From: Candidatus Nomurabacteria bacterium
GTDB lineage: Bacteria; Patescibacteriota; Minisyncoccia; Phycocordibacterales; UBA9973
Length of the DNA: 64,000 nt
Direction of reading: 5' to 3'
NCBI GenBank assembly: GCA_026395965.1
Contig: JAPLXS010000012.1
Span: 36,116 to 100,115 of the forward strand
Shown piece by piece: positions 50,073 through 60,318 of this stretch. Below the pieces are notes generated by a model. That model was not told the origin of the DNA and ran no database searches. It worked only from the letters and a program-made list of their open reading frames with translations. The number at the start of each line of letters is the position of its first letter. Positions within the stretch are counted from its first letter, which is position 1. The translations under genes and the position numbers were made by a program.

Positions 50073-51104
50073 TTAAATAGTTTTACCTGTTTTAAGAACA
50101 TGATCTACAAGTGTATATGTATACCCCATTTCATTGTCATACCACCCCATTACTTTTACTAGATTTCCTCCTACAACACGAGTCATCTCTAGGTCAGCTA
50201 TACAAGCATGACTTTCTCCGAGGATGTCTGAAGAAACTAGATGGTCTTCAGTGATAGTAAATAGCTTTTCCCATTTAGGGTCATTTGCAGCTTTTTTTAG
50301 AATATCATTTACCTCTTCTTTTGTAGTATTTCTTTTTGAAATAAATGTAATATCTACAATAGAACCGGCTGGAACTGGTACGCGGATAGATATACCGTCA
50401 AAGAGTTCTTTGAGTTCAGGGAATGCTTCTGTGACCGCTATGGCTGCGCCAGTAGAGCTAGGAACTATATTTTGAGCTGCAGCACGCCCTTCACGAAGGT
50501 CTTTTTTGCTTGGACCGTCTACTAGGGCTTGTGATGCTGTATATCCGTGAACTGTGTTTAATATCGCTTTTTCTACACCAAGAGCAGAGTGGAGTATTCC
50601 AATGAGTGGTGAAGCTGCATTTGTAGTACAAGATGCATTTGAAGTGATATCGCATGTGCCAAATTTTTCTTCATTTATTCCTAGAAGTATAGTCTCACCT
50701 GCTACTGTGCCATCGGAACCTTTTGAAGGAGCACTAATAACTACTTTTTTAGCACCACAATCTAAGTGAAATTTTGCTTTTTCATATGCAGTGAAAAGTC
50801 CAGTACATTCTACAACAACATCTATTTCTAAAGTACCCCAAGGAAGTTTTGTTGTGTCTTTTTCTGAGATAAATTTAACAACTTTTCCATCTATAAGAAA
50901 ATCTGTTCCTGAAGTCTCTACTTTATGATTCCAGTTGCGGTATACAGTGTCGTGACGAAGTAGATACGAAAGACTTTCGATAGAACCAAGATCATTTATA
51001 GCTACAACTTCTATATCATTTCTTTCTTGTGCGATTTTCAAAAATGCACGACCTATTCTTCCAAAACCATTGATAGCAACTTTTAATTTTTTTGTATTTT
51101 CCAT
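50073..51104 (-). CDS. gap: Glyceraldehyde-3-phosphate dehydrogenase
   Basis: VAINGFGRIGR, ASCTTNA. Confidence 0.9.
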   Translation of the reverse strand: MENTKKLKVAINGFGRIGRAFLKIAQERNDIEVVAINDLGSIESLSYLLRHDTVYRNWNHKVETSGTDFLIDGKVVKFISEKDTTKLPWGTLEIDVVVECTGLFTAYEKAKFHLDCGAKKVVISAPSKGSDGTVAGETILLGINEEKFGTCDITSNASCTTNAASPLIGILHSALGVEKAILNTVHGYTASQALVDGPSKKDLREGRAAAQNIVPSSTGAAIAVTEAFPELKELFDGISIRVPVPAGSIVDITFISKRNTTKEEVNDILKKAANDPKWEKLFTITEDHLVSSDILGESHACIADLEMTRVVGGNLVKVMGWYDNEMGYTYTLVDHVLKTGKTI

Positions 51105-51125
51105 ATATTTTTATTATATAATTTA

Positions 51126-51350
51126 TTAATTTAAGTACTCAAACCTTGGACCTTTATAATTATCTGTATCAATATTTTCTTGGAACATTTCGAGTGGTCT
51201 TGCCCAAAGATCATCTATACCATTTTCATCTGTGCGGGTATAAATAACAAGTTTTTGATTCAAATCTTCACTATTACGAGCTACACCAATTACTTGGTAA
51301 ATATGTCCTTTGTAATGCTTGTATTTACCCAATTTTATTTCTTCGCTCAT
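51126..51350 (-). CDS. DUF1653-family small protein
   Basis: YKHYKGHIYQVIGVARNSEDLNQKLVIYT. Confidence 0.55.
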   Translation of the reverse strand: MSEEIKLGKYKHYKGHIYQVIGVARNSEDLNQKLVIYTRTDENGIDDLWARPLEMFQENIDTDNYKGPRFEYLN

Positions 51351-51351
51351 C

Positions 51352-52767
51352 TTATGACAATAATTCTTTTAATATTTTCTGAACTAAACCTGGGTTTGCA
51401 CTACCCTTGCTTTCTTTCATAACTTGGCCCACTAGAGACATTATCGCATTTTCTTTACCACCCTTGTAGGTAGCGACAACTTCTGGGTTTGCATTAATTA
51501 TTTTCTGTACAATTTCTTTAAGAGCACCTTCATCATGGTTTTGTATCAATCCTTTGTCTTCAGCTATTTTGCGTGGAGATTCATCTTTTAGAACTATCAT
51601 AGCTAGTATGTCTTTTGCTCCACGAGATGATATTTCACTATCACTTACCATCACTATCAACTCTGCAAAGTTTTTACTATTGGGTAGTGTTACATCTTGG
51701 TTTATTTTCTTCATTCCTAAATAATCAGAAGTGATATAATTGGAAGCTATTTTTATCTTGTCTTTATTTGCTAAAATATTTGATACTTCTTCAAACCAGA
51801 TTCCCAAGTCTTGATCTGTAATATAACTTTCTATGTCTTCGTTTTTGATACCAAAATCATTTATGTATCTTATTCTTTTTGCTTCAGGAAGTTCTGGTAA
51901 CTCACTTCTCATTTTTTCATTATCAAAAACTTTACTCAAAAATAATTTTGGTAAATCTGGGTCTGGAAAATATCTATAATCGTTAGCATTTTCTTTTGAA
52001 CGCTGTGAAAATGTAGCCTGCTTGTTTTCATCCCAACCACGAGTTTCTTGAACTATCTCATGAGCACGGCCACTATCTAAAAGTTCAGTCATTCTTTTTA
52101 TTTCGTATTCAGCTGCTCTCTCTACTGCTTTAAATGAATTTATGTTTTTGACCTCACATTTTGTTCCGAGTTTATCCTTATCTTCTGAAATAGAAATATT
52201 TAATTCAACTCGCATTTGACCTTTGTCCATGTTGGCTTCTGAAACTCCAAGGTATTTTAGAAGTAGTTGGAGTTCTCTCCCAAAATCTCCTGCTTCTTTT
52301 GATGAATGTATAACAGGTTCTGTAACTAATTCCATAAGAGGTACTCCGCCGCGATTGAAATCAACAAGAGAAAAGTCCCCCTTGTCGTGCTTAGATGTAG
52401 CAGTATCTTCTTCTAAATGTACACGAGTAATATCTATACCGTGCAATTTACCTCCTGAAACTATCGGAAATTTGTATTGAGATATCTGGTACGCTTTTGG
52501 TATATCAGGGTAGAAATAATTTTTGCGATCAAATTCTGTGAAATCAGCAATATCGGCACCAAGAGCGAGTCCTACTCGTATAACGCTTTCAACTGCCTTT
52601 TTGTTGATAACAGGAAGACTTCCAGGGTGAGCCATACATACAGGACAAATATTTACATTTGGAGTTTTTTCATCTGGATTATTGATACATCCACAAAACA
52701 TTTTTGATTTGGTATTTAGTTCAGCGTGTACCTCGAGACCTATTGTTGTATAATACTGTTTAGACAT
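51352..52767 (-). CDS. gatB: Asp-tRNA(Asn)/Glu-tRNA(Gln) amidotransferase subunit B
   Basis: TIGLEVHAELNTKSKMFCGC. Confidence 0.9.
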   Translation of the reverse strand: MSKQYYTTIGLEVHAELNTKSKMFCGCINNPDEKTPNVNICPVCMAHPGSLPVINKKAVESVIRVGLALGADIADFTEFDRKNYFYPDIPKAYQISQYKFPIVSGGKLHGIDITRVHLEEDTATSKHDKGDFSLVDFNRGGVPLMELVTEPVIHSSKEAGDFGRELQLLLKYLGVSEANMDKGQMRVELNISISEDKDKLGTKCEVKNINSFKAVERAAEYEIKRMTELLDSGRAHEIVQETRGWDENKQATFSQRSKENANDYRYFPDPDLPKLFLSKVFDNEKMRSELPELPEAKRIRYINDFGIKNEDIESYITDQDLGIWFEEVSNILANKDKIKIASNYITSDYLGMKKINQDVTLPNSKNFAELIVMVSDSEISSRGAKDILAMIVLKDESPRKIAEDKGLIQNHDEGALKEIVQKIINANPEVVATYKGGKENAIMSLVGQVMKESKGSANPGLVQKILKELLS

Positions 52768-52846
52768 ATAAAGAGTATATCAAAATTTGTAAAATTTTGA
52801 AAATTATGTAATTATATGAAGGTGTTTTAGTGTTAAAAGATGAATT

Positions 52847-52928
52847 GCCCGAGTGGCGGAACTGGTATACGCGCACGACTTAAAATCGTGTCTCGTAAGG
52901 GATGTGGGTTCGATTCCCACCTCGGGCA
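52847..52928 (+). tRNA. tRNA-Leu (anticodon UAA), type II with long variable arm
   Basis: Acceptor GCCCGAG/CTCGGGC, anticodon stem-loop CACGA-CTTAAAA-TCGTG, variable arm TCTCGTAAGGGAT, and T-arm GTGGG-TTCGATT-CCCAC. Confidence 0.85.
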
Positions 52929-52938
52929 CAATAAAAAA

Positions 52939-52964
52939 ATCACAGTGAAAGCTGTGATTTTTTT
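52939..52964. terminator. Terminator hairpin atcacagtgaaagctgtgat plus T-run, embedded in a 56-bp palindrome that includes the tRNA-Leu 3' end
   Basis: ctcgggcacaataaaaaaatcacag..ctgtgatttttttattgtgcccgag. Confidence 0.6.
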
Positions 52965-52965
52965 A

Positions 52966-53280
52966 TTGTGCCCGAGAGTAAGCCAACTGCTTGGCTTGCG
53001 TGTGGGAATCGAAAGACTTTTCGTTCTCTGGCATTGGCCAGAGCGAAAAGTACCTGGCTAAGTAGTAGCCGATAAGTGTACTCACGGTCCCACTTTGCTT
53101 CACTCGTGAGGTGGGAATCGAAAACCTTTTCCTTATGAGTGTACTCACGATTCCACCGATGCAAAAGGTATACTGTTCCTGTAAGGAAAGATATCCCACT
53201 TGTGCTATTCGATATATGTACTCACGGTCCCAATGCTTCACTCGTGTGCGTCGATTAGTATACTCACTCTCCCACTCACC
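52966..53280 (+). repeat. Copy 3 of the tRNA-trailer structured repeat element plus two further tandem degenerate core repeats, immediately 3' of tRNA-Leu
   Basis: Inverted imitation of the tRNA-Leu 3' end (TGTGCCCGAG-[23-nt hairpin]-GTGTGGGAATCGAA), then GACTTTTCG..GAAAAGTACCTGGCT..GCCGATAAGTGTACTCACGGTCCCAC. CGATA(A/T)(G/A)TGTACTCACGGTCCCA..GCTTCACTCGTG recurs at 53208-53250, with a partial copy at 53253-53280. Confidence 0.6.
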
Positions 53281-53299
53281 TATTCAAAAAAAATACTCC

Positions 53300-53632
53300 C
53301 TATTGAGGAGTATTTCCATTTGAAATATTTTGAATATCTTTCTCTGTCGTAGTTTTTAAAACATTGTTAGATAAATTGTCTTGTATTTTTTTTAATTCTG
53401 AATTTGTTGTATCTATAAATATACCTACTACTTTCGATTTTATTGGTTTCAGGATATAATTTTCCCAAATATTTTTTGATTGCTCTTCAATATATGAAAT
53501 ATTTTTCTGAAATTGAACTGATTTTATGTTTGAAACTATATCTACTTTAAATAAAATTAAAATAACAATTATCAAGATGATTAATCCTCCTGTGTGTATT
53601 TGTAATCTTGGTTTTCTTTCGTCTTCGTTCAT
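53300..53632 (-). CDS. Hypothetical membrane protein
   Basis: 110 aa with an N-terminal TM helix. A terminator hairpin overlaps the stop codon (53292-53314). Confidence 0.4.
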   Translation of the reverse strand: MNEDERKPRLQIHTGGLIILIIVILILFKVDIVSNIKSVQFQKNISYIEEQSKNIWENYILKPIKSKVVGIFIDTTNSELKKIQDNLSNNVLKTTTEKDIQNISNGNTPQ

Positions 53633-53669
53633 AATTATATCTGTATTATATCATCTTAAATAAAATAAA

Positions 53670-54938
53670 CTACTTTTTTACCATAAGAGAAGTTATTTTT
53701 GGTAGATACAACCCAGGGTTGAGATATGCACTTAATGCCGCTATTGGTTGTGTAAATATTTTACCATTACAACTCTTACTTGGAACGGTATCTACTTTTA
53801 CACCATCTGATGCATATACCGCGACATGAAGATGCGGTCCTGTAGATGACCCTGTGTTACCCGAAAGAGCAACAACATCTCCTGCTTTAACAACTTGTCC
53901 TACGGTAGCATTTATCAATGATAAGTGCCCGTACGTGCTAGACAAACCATTGTTGTATCTTATAAAGACCCATTTACCAAAGGACGCTCCCCTACAAGCG
54001 ATATCTGTATCTCCTATTCCTTCTACAACACCTCCTGCCATTGCCATAACTTGAGTTCCGACAGATGCTCTAAAATCGAGTCCGTAATGGAATTTACCCC
54101 ATCTAGAACCATATGGCGATGTAATCAATACTAGATTTAGAGGCCAAGATAAAACTCCTGAACCTTCTTTTGGTAAAAGTTTTGGATTTAATATAAATTT
54201 AAGTTGAGCCTCGTAGTCTTCTAATGCTTTATCAAAAGCATCTCTCTTTTTTATTTTGTCAGCCAATAACTTTTGATATTCTGCTTCTTTGTTTTTAGTT
54301 TGATTTAGTAATGTATCTTTTTCTTTTTTTGCAATAACTACTACTTTTTCTTTTTCGATTAGATTATTTTTGAGTGTATTTAGGTTTTGTTGCTCACCTT
54401 CTTTTAGTGTTTTCGATGTTAGTAATTCTTTCTTTTTTAATGATACATTTACAATATTTTTCCCAATTTGTTCATTTAAAGTCATAACATCATTGTATTC
54501 ACGACTAAATTCTGTAAAATTACCAACAGTAAGCAATCTCTCAATCATGGGAGTATCATCACTTTGGTTTAAATCTTTAATCATCACATTTATTGATTTT
54601 TTAGAAAGATCTATGGATTTTTGCTTTTCTATTATACCTCCAGATATAGTTTGGATTACTAAACCAGTAGCTGTAATTTTTTTTTGTATTTGCTCTTTTT
54701 CCTTTATTAATTTATTTCTAGTAAGAGTTAACTCTTTGATGGTATTAGATAAGGTATTTGATTTTTGGCTTGTATCTGATATTTGAGCTTGGTATTGTTT
54801 TATCTCTTTATCAAGTGCATCTATCTGTGCATTTGTAGCACTTATTTGCATTTGCACTTCATCTACCGTCAAAGCATTGGCCTGAAAGGAAATAAAATAT
54901 GATATTAAAATAATAAAAATAATTAGTTTTTTCATCAA
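53670..54938 (-). CDS. M23-family (LytM) peptidase with N-terminal coiled-coil (EnvC-like)
   Basis: C-terminal GLDFRA..YGHLS..GNTGSSTGPHLH. Confidence 0.8.
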   Translation of the reverse strand: MMKKLIIFIILISYFISFQANALTVDEVQMQISATNAQIDALDKEIKQYQAQISDTSQKSNTLSNTIKELTLTRNKLIKEKEQIQKKITATGLVIQTISGGIIEKQKSIDLSKKSINVMIKDLNQSDDTPMIERLLTVGNFTEFSREYNDVMTLNEQIGKNIVNVSLKKKELLTSKTLKEGEQQNLNTLKNNLIEKEKVVVIAKKEKDTLLNQTKNKEAEYQKLLADKIKKRDAFDKALEDYEAQLKFILNPKLLPKEGSGVLSWPLNLVLITSPYGSRWGKFHYGLDFRASVGTQVMAMAGGVVEGIGDTDIACRGASFGKWVFIRYNNGLSSTYGHLSLINATVGQVVKAGDVVALSGNTGSSTGPHLHVAVYASDGVKVDTVPSKSCNGKIFTQPIAALSAYLNPGLYLPKITSLMVKK

Positions 54939-54947
54939 TGCTTTGTT

Positions 54948-56429
54948 CTATATTTTTAAAGTAGCTATAGCGTTGTTTAGACGATTAATAGTTTCATCTT
55001 TACCAAGAATTTCGGCCAAAATAAATGGATCTGGAGATTTATCTTGTCCAGACAAAGCAAAACGCATTGGCCATAGGATATCACCTCTTCCAACTTTTTC
55101 AGCATATTCCCATATTTTATTTTTAATATTTTCCTTATTGAAATCTGAGTTTGAAATATCTTCAAATAAAGACACAGCATCTATAATATACTTAGATAAT
55201 ATCTCATACTTATTTTCTTGTGGTATTTTTGATGATTTGAAAAAAAGTGAATCTTTCTTGTAGATTGGCTGACTGAAATAATAAGCAAGATCACCATTTT
55301 TCACCATTTCAATTAAATCTTTTGCGTTTCGGATCCTCTCTAAGATAATAGGTGTAATATTTTCAACTATTTTTGTTGAAAAATTGGGCAAATTTTTGAT
55401 ATTTTCTGGGAGATATTTTGAAATATATTCTATTTGTTTATCAATGGAAAGTAGTTTCAAGTGTTCATGATTTATCCAATCCAATTTTTCTTCGTTGAAC
55501 TGACCTCCACTGATATGTATCTGTTTTATATCAAAAATATTTACGAACTGTTCTGGTGTAATGATCTCTTTATCACCTCCAGGATTCCATCCAATAAAAG
55601 CTAGGAAATTCATCATTGCTTCAGGTAAATATCCTTCATTTTCATATTCTAAAAAATCTTTTGCTCCATCTCTTTTGCCTAGCTTTTTTTTACCACCTTG
55701 CCCCATTATAGGAGGAAGCATCACAAACTCAGGCCTTTCTATTTCTAGGGCTTCATATAGTGAAAGGAATTTTGGTGTTGAAGATATAAATTCATCACCA
55801 CGCATTATGTGAGTTACTCCCATTTCAAAATCATCTATAATATGCGCAAAATTATAAGTTGGATATCCATCCCCTTTGATTAATATAAAATCATCAAGAG
55901 CTTCAGGTCCGGCTTTTAAATGACCACGAACCATATCTTCCCATTCATAACTTTTTATGTTTGGAACTTTAAATCTAAGTGGTTTCTTTCCATCCCAAAT
56001 TGGAGGGTTTTCTGGTCTATGGTCTCTATATAAAAATGGTCTTTTTTCTTCATCAGCTTTATTTCTAAAAGCCTCAACCTCCTCTTCTGTATAAGGATCA
56101 GAATATGCTAAACCTTTATCTATTAAGATTTTTGCATATTTAATATACGATTCCAATCTTTCAGATTGCTTGTAGGATGCATTGGGACCTCCAATGTCAG
56201 GACCTTCATTCCATTCTATTCCAATCCATTTCAATGAAGCAATAACATGTTCTATAGAACCTTCTACTTCACGAGCTTTATCTGTATCTTCGATTCGTAA
56301 TATAAAAGTACCATTATTTTTCTTTGCAAAAGCCCATGCATACAAAGCAGTACGAATATTGCCTACATGTACAAATCCTGTTGGTGAAGGAGCAAAACGA
56401 GTAATAATTTTTTTATTTGGATTATTCAT
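54948..56429 (-). CDS. gltX: Glutamate--tRNA ligase
   Basis: FAPSPTGFVHVGNIRTALYAWAFAK (HIGH-type motif) and KLGKRDGA (KMSKS-like). Confidence 0.9.
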   Translation of the reverse strand: MNNPNKKIITRFAPSPTGFVHVGNIRTALYAWAFAKKNNGTFILRIEDTDKAREVEGSIEHVIASLKWIGIEWNEGPDIGGPNASYKQSERLESYIKYAKILIDKGLAYSDPYTEEEVEAFRNKADEEKRPFLYRDHRPENPPIWDGKKPLRFKVPNIKSYEWEDMVRGHLKAGPEALDDFILIKGDGYPTYNFAHIIDDFEMGVTHIMRGDEFISSTPKFLSLYEALEIERPEFVMLPPIMGQGGKKKLGKRDGAKDFLEYENEGYLPEAMMNFLAFIGWNPGGDKEIITPEQFVNIFDIKQIHISGGQFNEEKLDWINHEHLKLLSIDKQIEYISKYLPENIKNLPNFSTKIVENITPIILERIRNAKDLIEMVKNGDLAYYFSQPIYKKDSLFFKSSKIPQENKYEILSKYIIDAVSLFEDISNSDFNKENIKNKIWEYAEKVGRGDILWPMRFALSGQDKSPDPFILAEILGKDETINRLNNAIATLKI

Positions 56430-57549
56430 AGTGAGTCAATGCTATATTTATGGCTGATTGGGCTATTTTTTCTGCTGCTGTAGGTATGGCAAATGCTAAT
56501 GCATTTTCTTTCATAGAAGAAAGTTTTTGTGGTGAAGACAAGAGTTTGTCTATCTCTGAAATAAATAAATGTGAAGTTAGATTTGATTCCTCTACAACTT
56601 CACAAGCTCCATTTCTTGCATAGTTAAAAGCATTTTTTCTCTGGTGGTTTCCGTTAGAATTTGTGATAGGAATTATTATAGAAGGAGTACCCCAAGATGC
56701 TATTTCAAAAATAGCTGATCCAGCACGTGATATGACAAGATCTGCACACCCTGCTGCCATTCTTGTTGATAAATTATTTAAATATGGCATTGGAACATAT
56801 TTTTCAATATTCGGATTATTTTCCATTGTTAGTTTTGAACGAGCCAATACATCATTTATGTTGTTAACTCCTGTTTGGTGAATAATTTGATATCTATTTA
56901 ATAATTCAGGGATAGTATCTATTATTATATTGTTGATAATTTCAGCACCTTGAGAGCCACCCAAAACTAGAATTGTGGGTATGTTTGGACTAAGTTTAAA
57001 AAATTCATGAGCTCCGTTTTTGTCGCCATGCAAAATTTCTTTACGAATTGGTTGTCCTGTAAGAGCAGTTTTTTCTTGTGGTAAATACTCTGCTGCTTCA
57101 GGCCAAGATATAGCAATCTCTTTAGCAAATTTTGCAGTCCAAATATTTAGTCTTCCTGGATATGAATCTGACTCGTGTACTATAACAGGTATTCGAAGTA
57201 ATTTGGCTGCAAAAACTGCTGGAAATGCAGCATATCCACCTTTGGATATGACAATATCTGGATATATAAAAAACATACTAAGTAAACCAAAAAATGCTCC
57301 TGTTGCTGTTTTGAATATATCAAAAAAATTTTGGATAGAAAAATAAGTACGCATTTTGCCAGATGGAATCTGCACAAAGGTAATTTTATTTTCAAATAGC
57401 ATACGTTTATCGTATGGTTTATCTGCCATATAGTAAATTTTAATATCTACTATCTTTTGTTTATCTGCAACTTCAACAAGTTTTTCTGCAATAGCAATAA
57501 GAGGATAAAAATGTCCACCCGTGCCACCACCCGTAAGTAATATTTTCAT
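56422..57549 (-). CDS. murG: UDP-GlcNAc:MurNAc-pentapeptide-PP-undecaprenol GlcNAc transferase MurG
   Basis: MKILLTGGGTGGHFYPLIAIAEKL. Confidence 0.85.
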   Translation of the reverse strand: MKILLTGGGTGGHFYPLIAIAEKLVEVADKQKIVDIKIYYMADKPYDKRMLFENKITFVQIPSGKMRTYFSIQNFFDIFKTATGAFFGLLSMFFIYPDIVISKGGYAAFPAVFAAKLLRIPVIVHESDSYPGRLNIWTAKFAKEIAISWPEAAEYLPQEKTALTGQPIRKEILHGDKNGAHEFFKLSPNIPTILVLGGSQGAEIINNIIIDTIPELLNRYQIIHQTGVNNINDVLARSKLTMENNPNIEKYVPMPYLNNLSTRMAAGCADLVISRAGSAIFEIASWGTPSIIIPITNSNGNHQRKNAFNYARNGACEVVEESNLTSHLFISEIDKLLSSPQKLSSMKENALAFAIPTAAEKIAQSAINIALTHYE

Positions 57550-57576
57550 ATATTTTATATTGTAGCTTATTTTCTC

Positions 57577-58695
57577 TTATCTTTCTAGACCCTGTTTGCT
57601 TTGAAAGCGTGAAATATTTAAAACAATACCCATCATTCCTAGTGATAAAAGCAAAGCCGTTCCTCCGTGTGAGATAAAAACAAGTGGAACTCCTGTAAGT
57701 GGAAAAACTCCAATAATAGAAGCTATATTCATAAATGATTGAGCTGTGATTATCGTTATGAATCCTATTACAACAAGTTTACTAAAAGAATCTGGTGCAT
57801 TCCTAAGTGCAATACGAAATCCTCTCATTGCAAAAGCTATATACAAACATATTAAAACTGTTACTCCGACAAATCCAAGTTCTTCTCCTATAACTGCAAA
57901 TATTGAATCCCCTTGAGGTTCAGGTAAATAATTGAATTTTTGAATACTTTGACCTAATCCTCTTCCAAATAATCCACCTGAACCAACAGCAATAAGTGAT
58001 TGCTGTAACTGATACGATGATCCTCTGCTGTTTTCACTTGGGTTTAAAAATGTATTAACTCTTTCTTTTAGATATGGCTGAAAAGAAACTAATATAGCAA
58101 AACCTACAATTGCGACAAAGAAAAATCCTAGAATATGTTTTATTGGTGTACCTGATACAAACAACATAGTTAGAGATGTAATAGTTATCAGTATCAAACT
58201 TTTTGTATCTGGTTGTTTAAGTAAAACAGTAGCTATAATACCTATAAATATTATCAGAGGTAATATACTAAAAAGCGGATCTTTTACTTTTCCTTTTACC
58301 CATGATAGCCAAGCAGCAAAGTAAATAATAAATCCAATTTTTAAAAACTCAACAGGCTGAAAAGAAAAACCCATGATGTCTACCCATCTACGAGCACCAC
58401 CATGAGACTGGCCCAATCCTGGTATAAAAACAAGCCCTGTCAATACGATAGAGGTGATAAATAAAACTAGTGAATATTCTTTAAAGAATTTATATGGTAT
58501 TTTGAGTCCTATAAATAAAGCAATTAATCCGCCCAAAAAACCTAAAACAAATTGGCCGAAAATAACCCCATAAAACTTTGTTTCATTTTTGGCTAGGATC
58601 CCCAAAGAAGCGGAGGTAAAAGTAATAAGCCCTATTATTACCAAAGCAATAACTATTCCAAAAAATATTTTATCTATTTTGTTTTTTTTCTTCAT
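57577..58695 (-). CDS. ftsW: SEDS-family peptidoglycan glycosyltransferase FtsW/RodA
   Basis: 10-TM SEDS topology and position in the mraY-ftsW-murG cluster. Confidence 0.8.
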   Translation of the reverse strand: MKKKNKIDKIFFGIVIALVIIGLITFTSASLGILAKNETKFYGVIFGQFVLGFLGGLIALFIGLKIPYKFFKEYSLVLFITSIVLTGLVFIPGLGQSHGGARRWVDIMGFSFQPVEFLKIGFIIYFAAWLSWVKGKVKDPLFSILPLIIFIGIIATVLLKQPDTKSLILITITSLTMLFVSGTPIKHILGFFFVAIVGFAILVSFQPYLKERVNTFLNPSENSRGSSYQLQQSLIAVGSGGLFGRGLGQSIQKFNYLPEPQGDSIFAVIGEELGFVGVTVLICLYIAFAMRGFRIALRNAPDSFSKLVVIGFITIITAQSFMNIASIIGVFPLTGVPLVFISHGGTALLLSLGMMGIVLNISRFQSKQGLER

Positions 58696-58722
58696 TATAT
58701 TCTTGGTAAAAATTTAAATTGA

Positions 58723-59781
58723 TTAATCAATAAAAGAAATAATGACTCCTAATATAGATGTCATGATACCTACAATCCAATAACGCATAGTTACTTTGTA
58801 TTTAGGCCAACCAAGTGCTTCAAAGTGATGATGTAATGGTGCAAATAAAAATACCTTTTTACCATTTCTAAATTTACGAGATGTCATTTGAATAACATTT
58901 GAGAGTGATGTTATAAAAAGTGGAAATGCAATTATAGGTAGAAGTAGCACTGTATTTGTCATAAATGCTATTACAGAAAGAGTCACAGTGAGCCCTATCA
59001 TACCTGACTCTCCCATATAAAAACGTGCTGGAGGTATGTTGAACCACAAAAATGCCATTATTCCACCTGTTATTACAGCACAAAAAGCAGCTATATCTAA
59101 TTGATTGTTAAAATACGCTATGAGCGTGTAAGACATGAAAATAGAAGCCAGAACCCCACCAGAAAGACCATCTATTCCATCTATTACACTAGATGACCAA
59201 AGTGATAACATTATAAAAATAAAAAATGGAATAAATAAATAACCTAAGTGTACAAATCCATACCATGGAATATATAAATCAGAAACACCCAATTTGATAT
59301 AAAACCAATAACCGATTATTGTACCCAATAATAAAATAATTCCAACTTTTATATATCTAAGTACAATCGGATCTGAAGACCATTTACCTCTACCAAAAAT
59401 TTGCAGAAAATCATCTCCAAGTCCAACCAGTGATGCAAGTATTAAAGTAAAAAAAGGGAGCAGTGTTTGATTGCGACTAATAAAATATAATTTGTTGGTT
59501 AGTTTATTGCTAAATATTGTATCAATGATCCAAATAATAGCTATCGTTAATATTACAGAAATCCAAATAATCATTCCTCCTGTGCGAGGTGTAGATATTT
59601 CAGCTTTATCGTCATGAATTTTAGCAAACCCACCTATCTCTGATGTTGCGATATTTTTGCTTCTTGAAGTATGACGCCACATTTTATACTTATAAAAATA
59701 ATGAGTAGCTAGAGGTGTAAGAATTATACCAACGATAAAACTTACTATGGCTGGAAGGAAAATTTTTAATGCATTAGTCAT
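58723..59781 (-). CDS. mraY: Phospho-N-acetylmuramoyl-pentapeptide transferase MraY
   Basis: Polytopic with a GLGDDF loop and an ..HHHFE.. motif; cluster context. Confidence 0.75.
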   Translation of the reverse strand: MTNALKIFLPAIVSFIVGIILTPLATHYFYKYKMWRHTSRSKNIATSEIGGFAKIHDDKAEISTPRTGGMIIWISVILTIAIIWIIDTIFSNKLTNKLYFISRNQTLLPFFTLILASLVGLGDDFLQIFGRGKWSSDPIVLRYIKVGIILLLGTIIGYWFYIKLGVSDLYIPWYGFVHLGYLFIPFFIFIMLSLWSSSVIDGIDGLSGGVLASIFMSYTLIAYFNNQLDIAAFCAVITGGIMAFLWFNIPPARFYMGESGMIGLTVTLSVIAFMTNTVLLLPIIAFPLFITSLSNVIQMTSRKFRNGKKVFLFAPLHHHFEALGWPKYKVTMRYWIVGIMTSILGVIISFID

Positions 59782-60313
59782 TTGTTTCTTCTTGTTTAAT
59801 AACTTCTTGTAATTGTGTTCTTACTTCATTGTATTTAGGTAATTGTTCAATAGAAGTTATGCCCATAAATGACAATGTATCAAAAGTTGGTCTATAAAGT
59901 ATACGTCGAGTATCTTTAGGATCCATAATCTTTTCAACAAGACCACGAACAAGTAGGTTTCGTAATATAAAACTAGAATTAACTCCGCGTATATAGTCTA
60001 TTTCACTACGTGATACTCCGTTTTTGTATAAAACGATAGAAAGTGTTTCAAGTGATGATTTTGTAAGTTCTTTTGTAATCTCATCTTTGCGTATTGATTC
60101 TATAAGAGGGCTTAACTCACTCGTGATACCAAGAACAACACAATCATCTTTTCTAACAAGTACTAGCCCACGACCAGATAAAGATAATTCAAGCTTTTTT
60201 AAAGATTCTTCTATTTCTTCTGTACTCACCTTCAAAAGTTCTGCCAATTTTTTGATTTGAACATCTTCCCCTTTATAAAAAAGTAATCCTTCTATTTTTG
60301 ATTCTAATTGCAT
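59774..60313 (-). CDS. scpB: Segregation and condensation protein B
   Basis: Two winged-helix repeats: LLFYKGEDVQIKKLAELL.. and ..YIRGVNSSFILRNLLVRGLVEK. Confidence 0.8.
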   Translation of the reverse strand: MQLESKIEGLLFYKGEDVQIKKLAELLKVSTEEIEESLKKLELSLSGRGLVLVRKDDCVVLGITSELSPLIESIRKDEITKELTKSSLETLSIVLYKNGVSRSEIDYIRGVNSSFILRNLLVRGLVEKIMDPKDTRRILYRPTFDTLSFMGITSIEQLPKYNEVRTQLQEVIKQEETND

Positions 60314-60318
60314 ATAAT

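Noticed and set aside
52940-53323. ORFs 52940..53164(-), 52963..53241(-) and 53111..53323(+)
   Set aside because: They lie entirely within the tandem tRNA-trailer repeat region. Their translations are repetitive and lack support, so the region is called non-coding.
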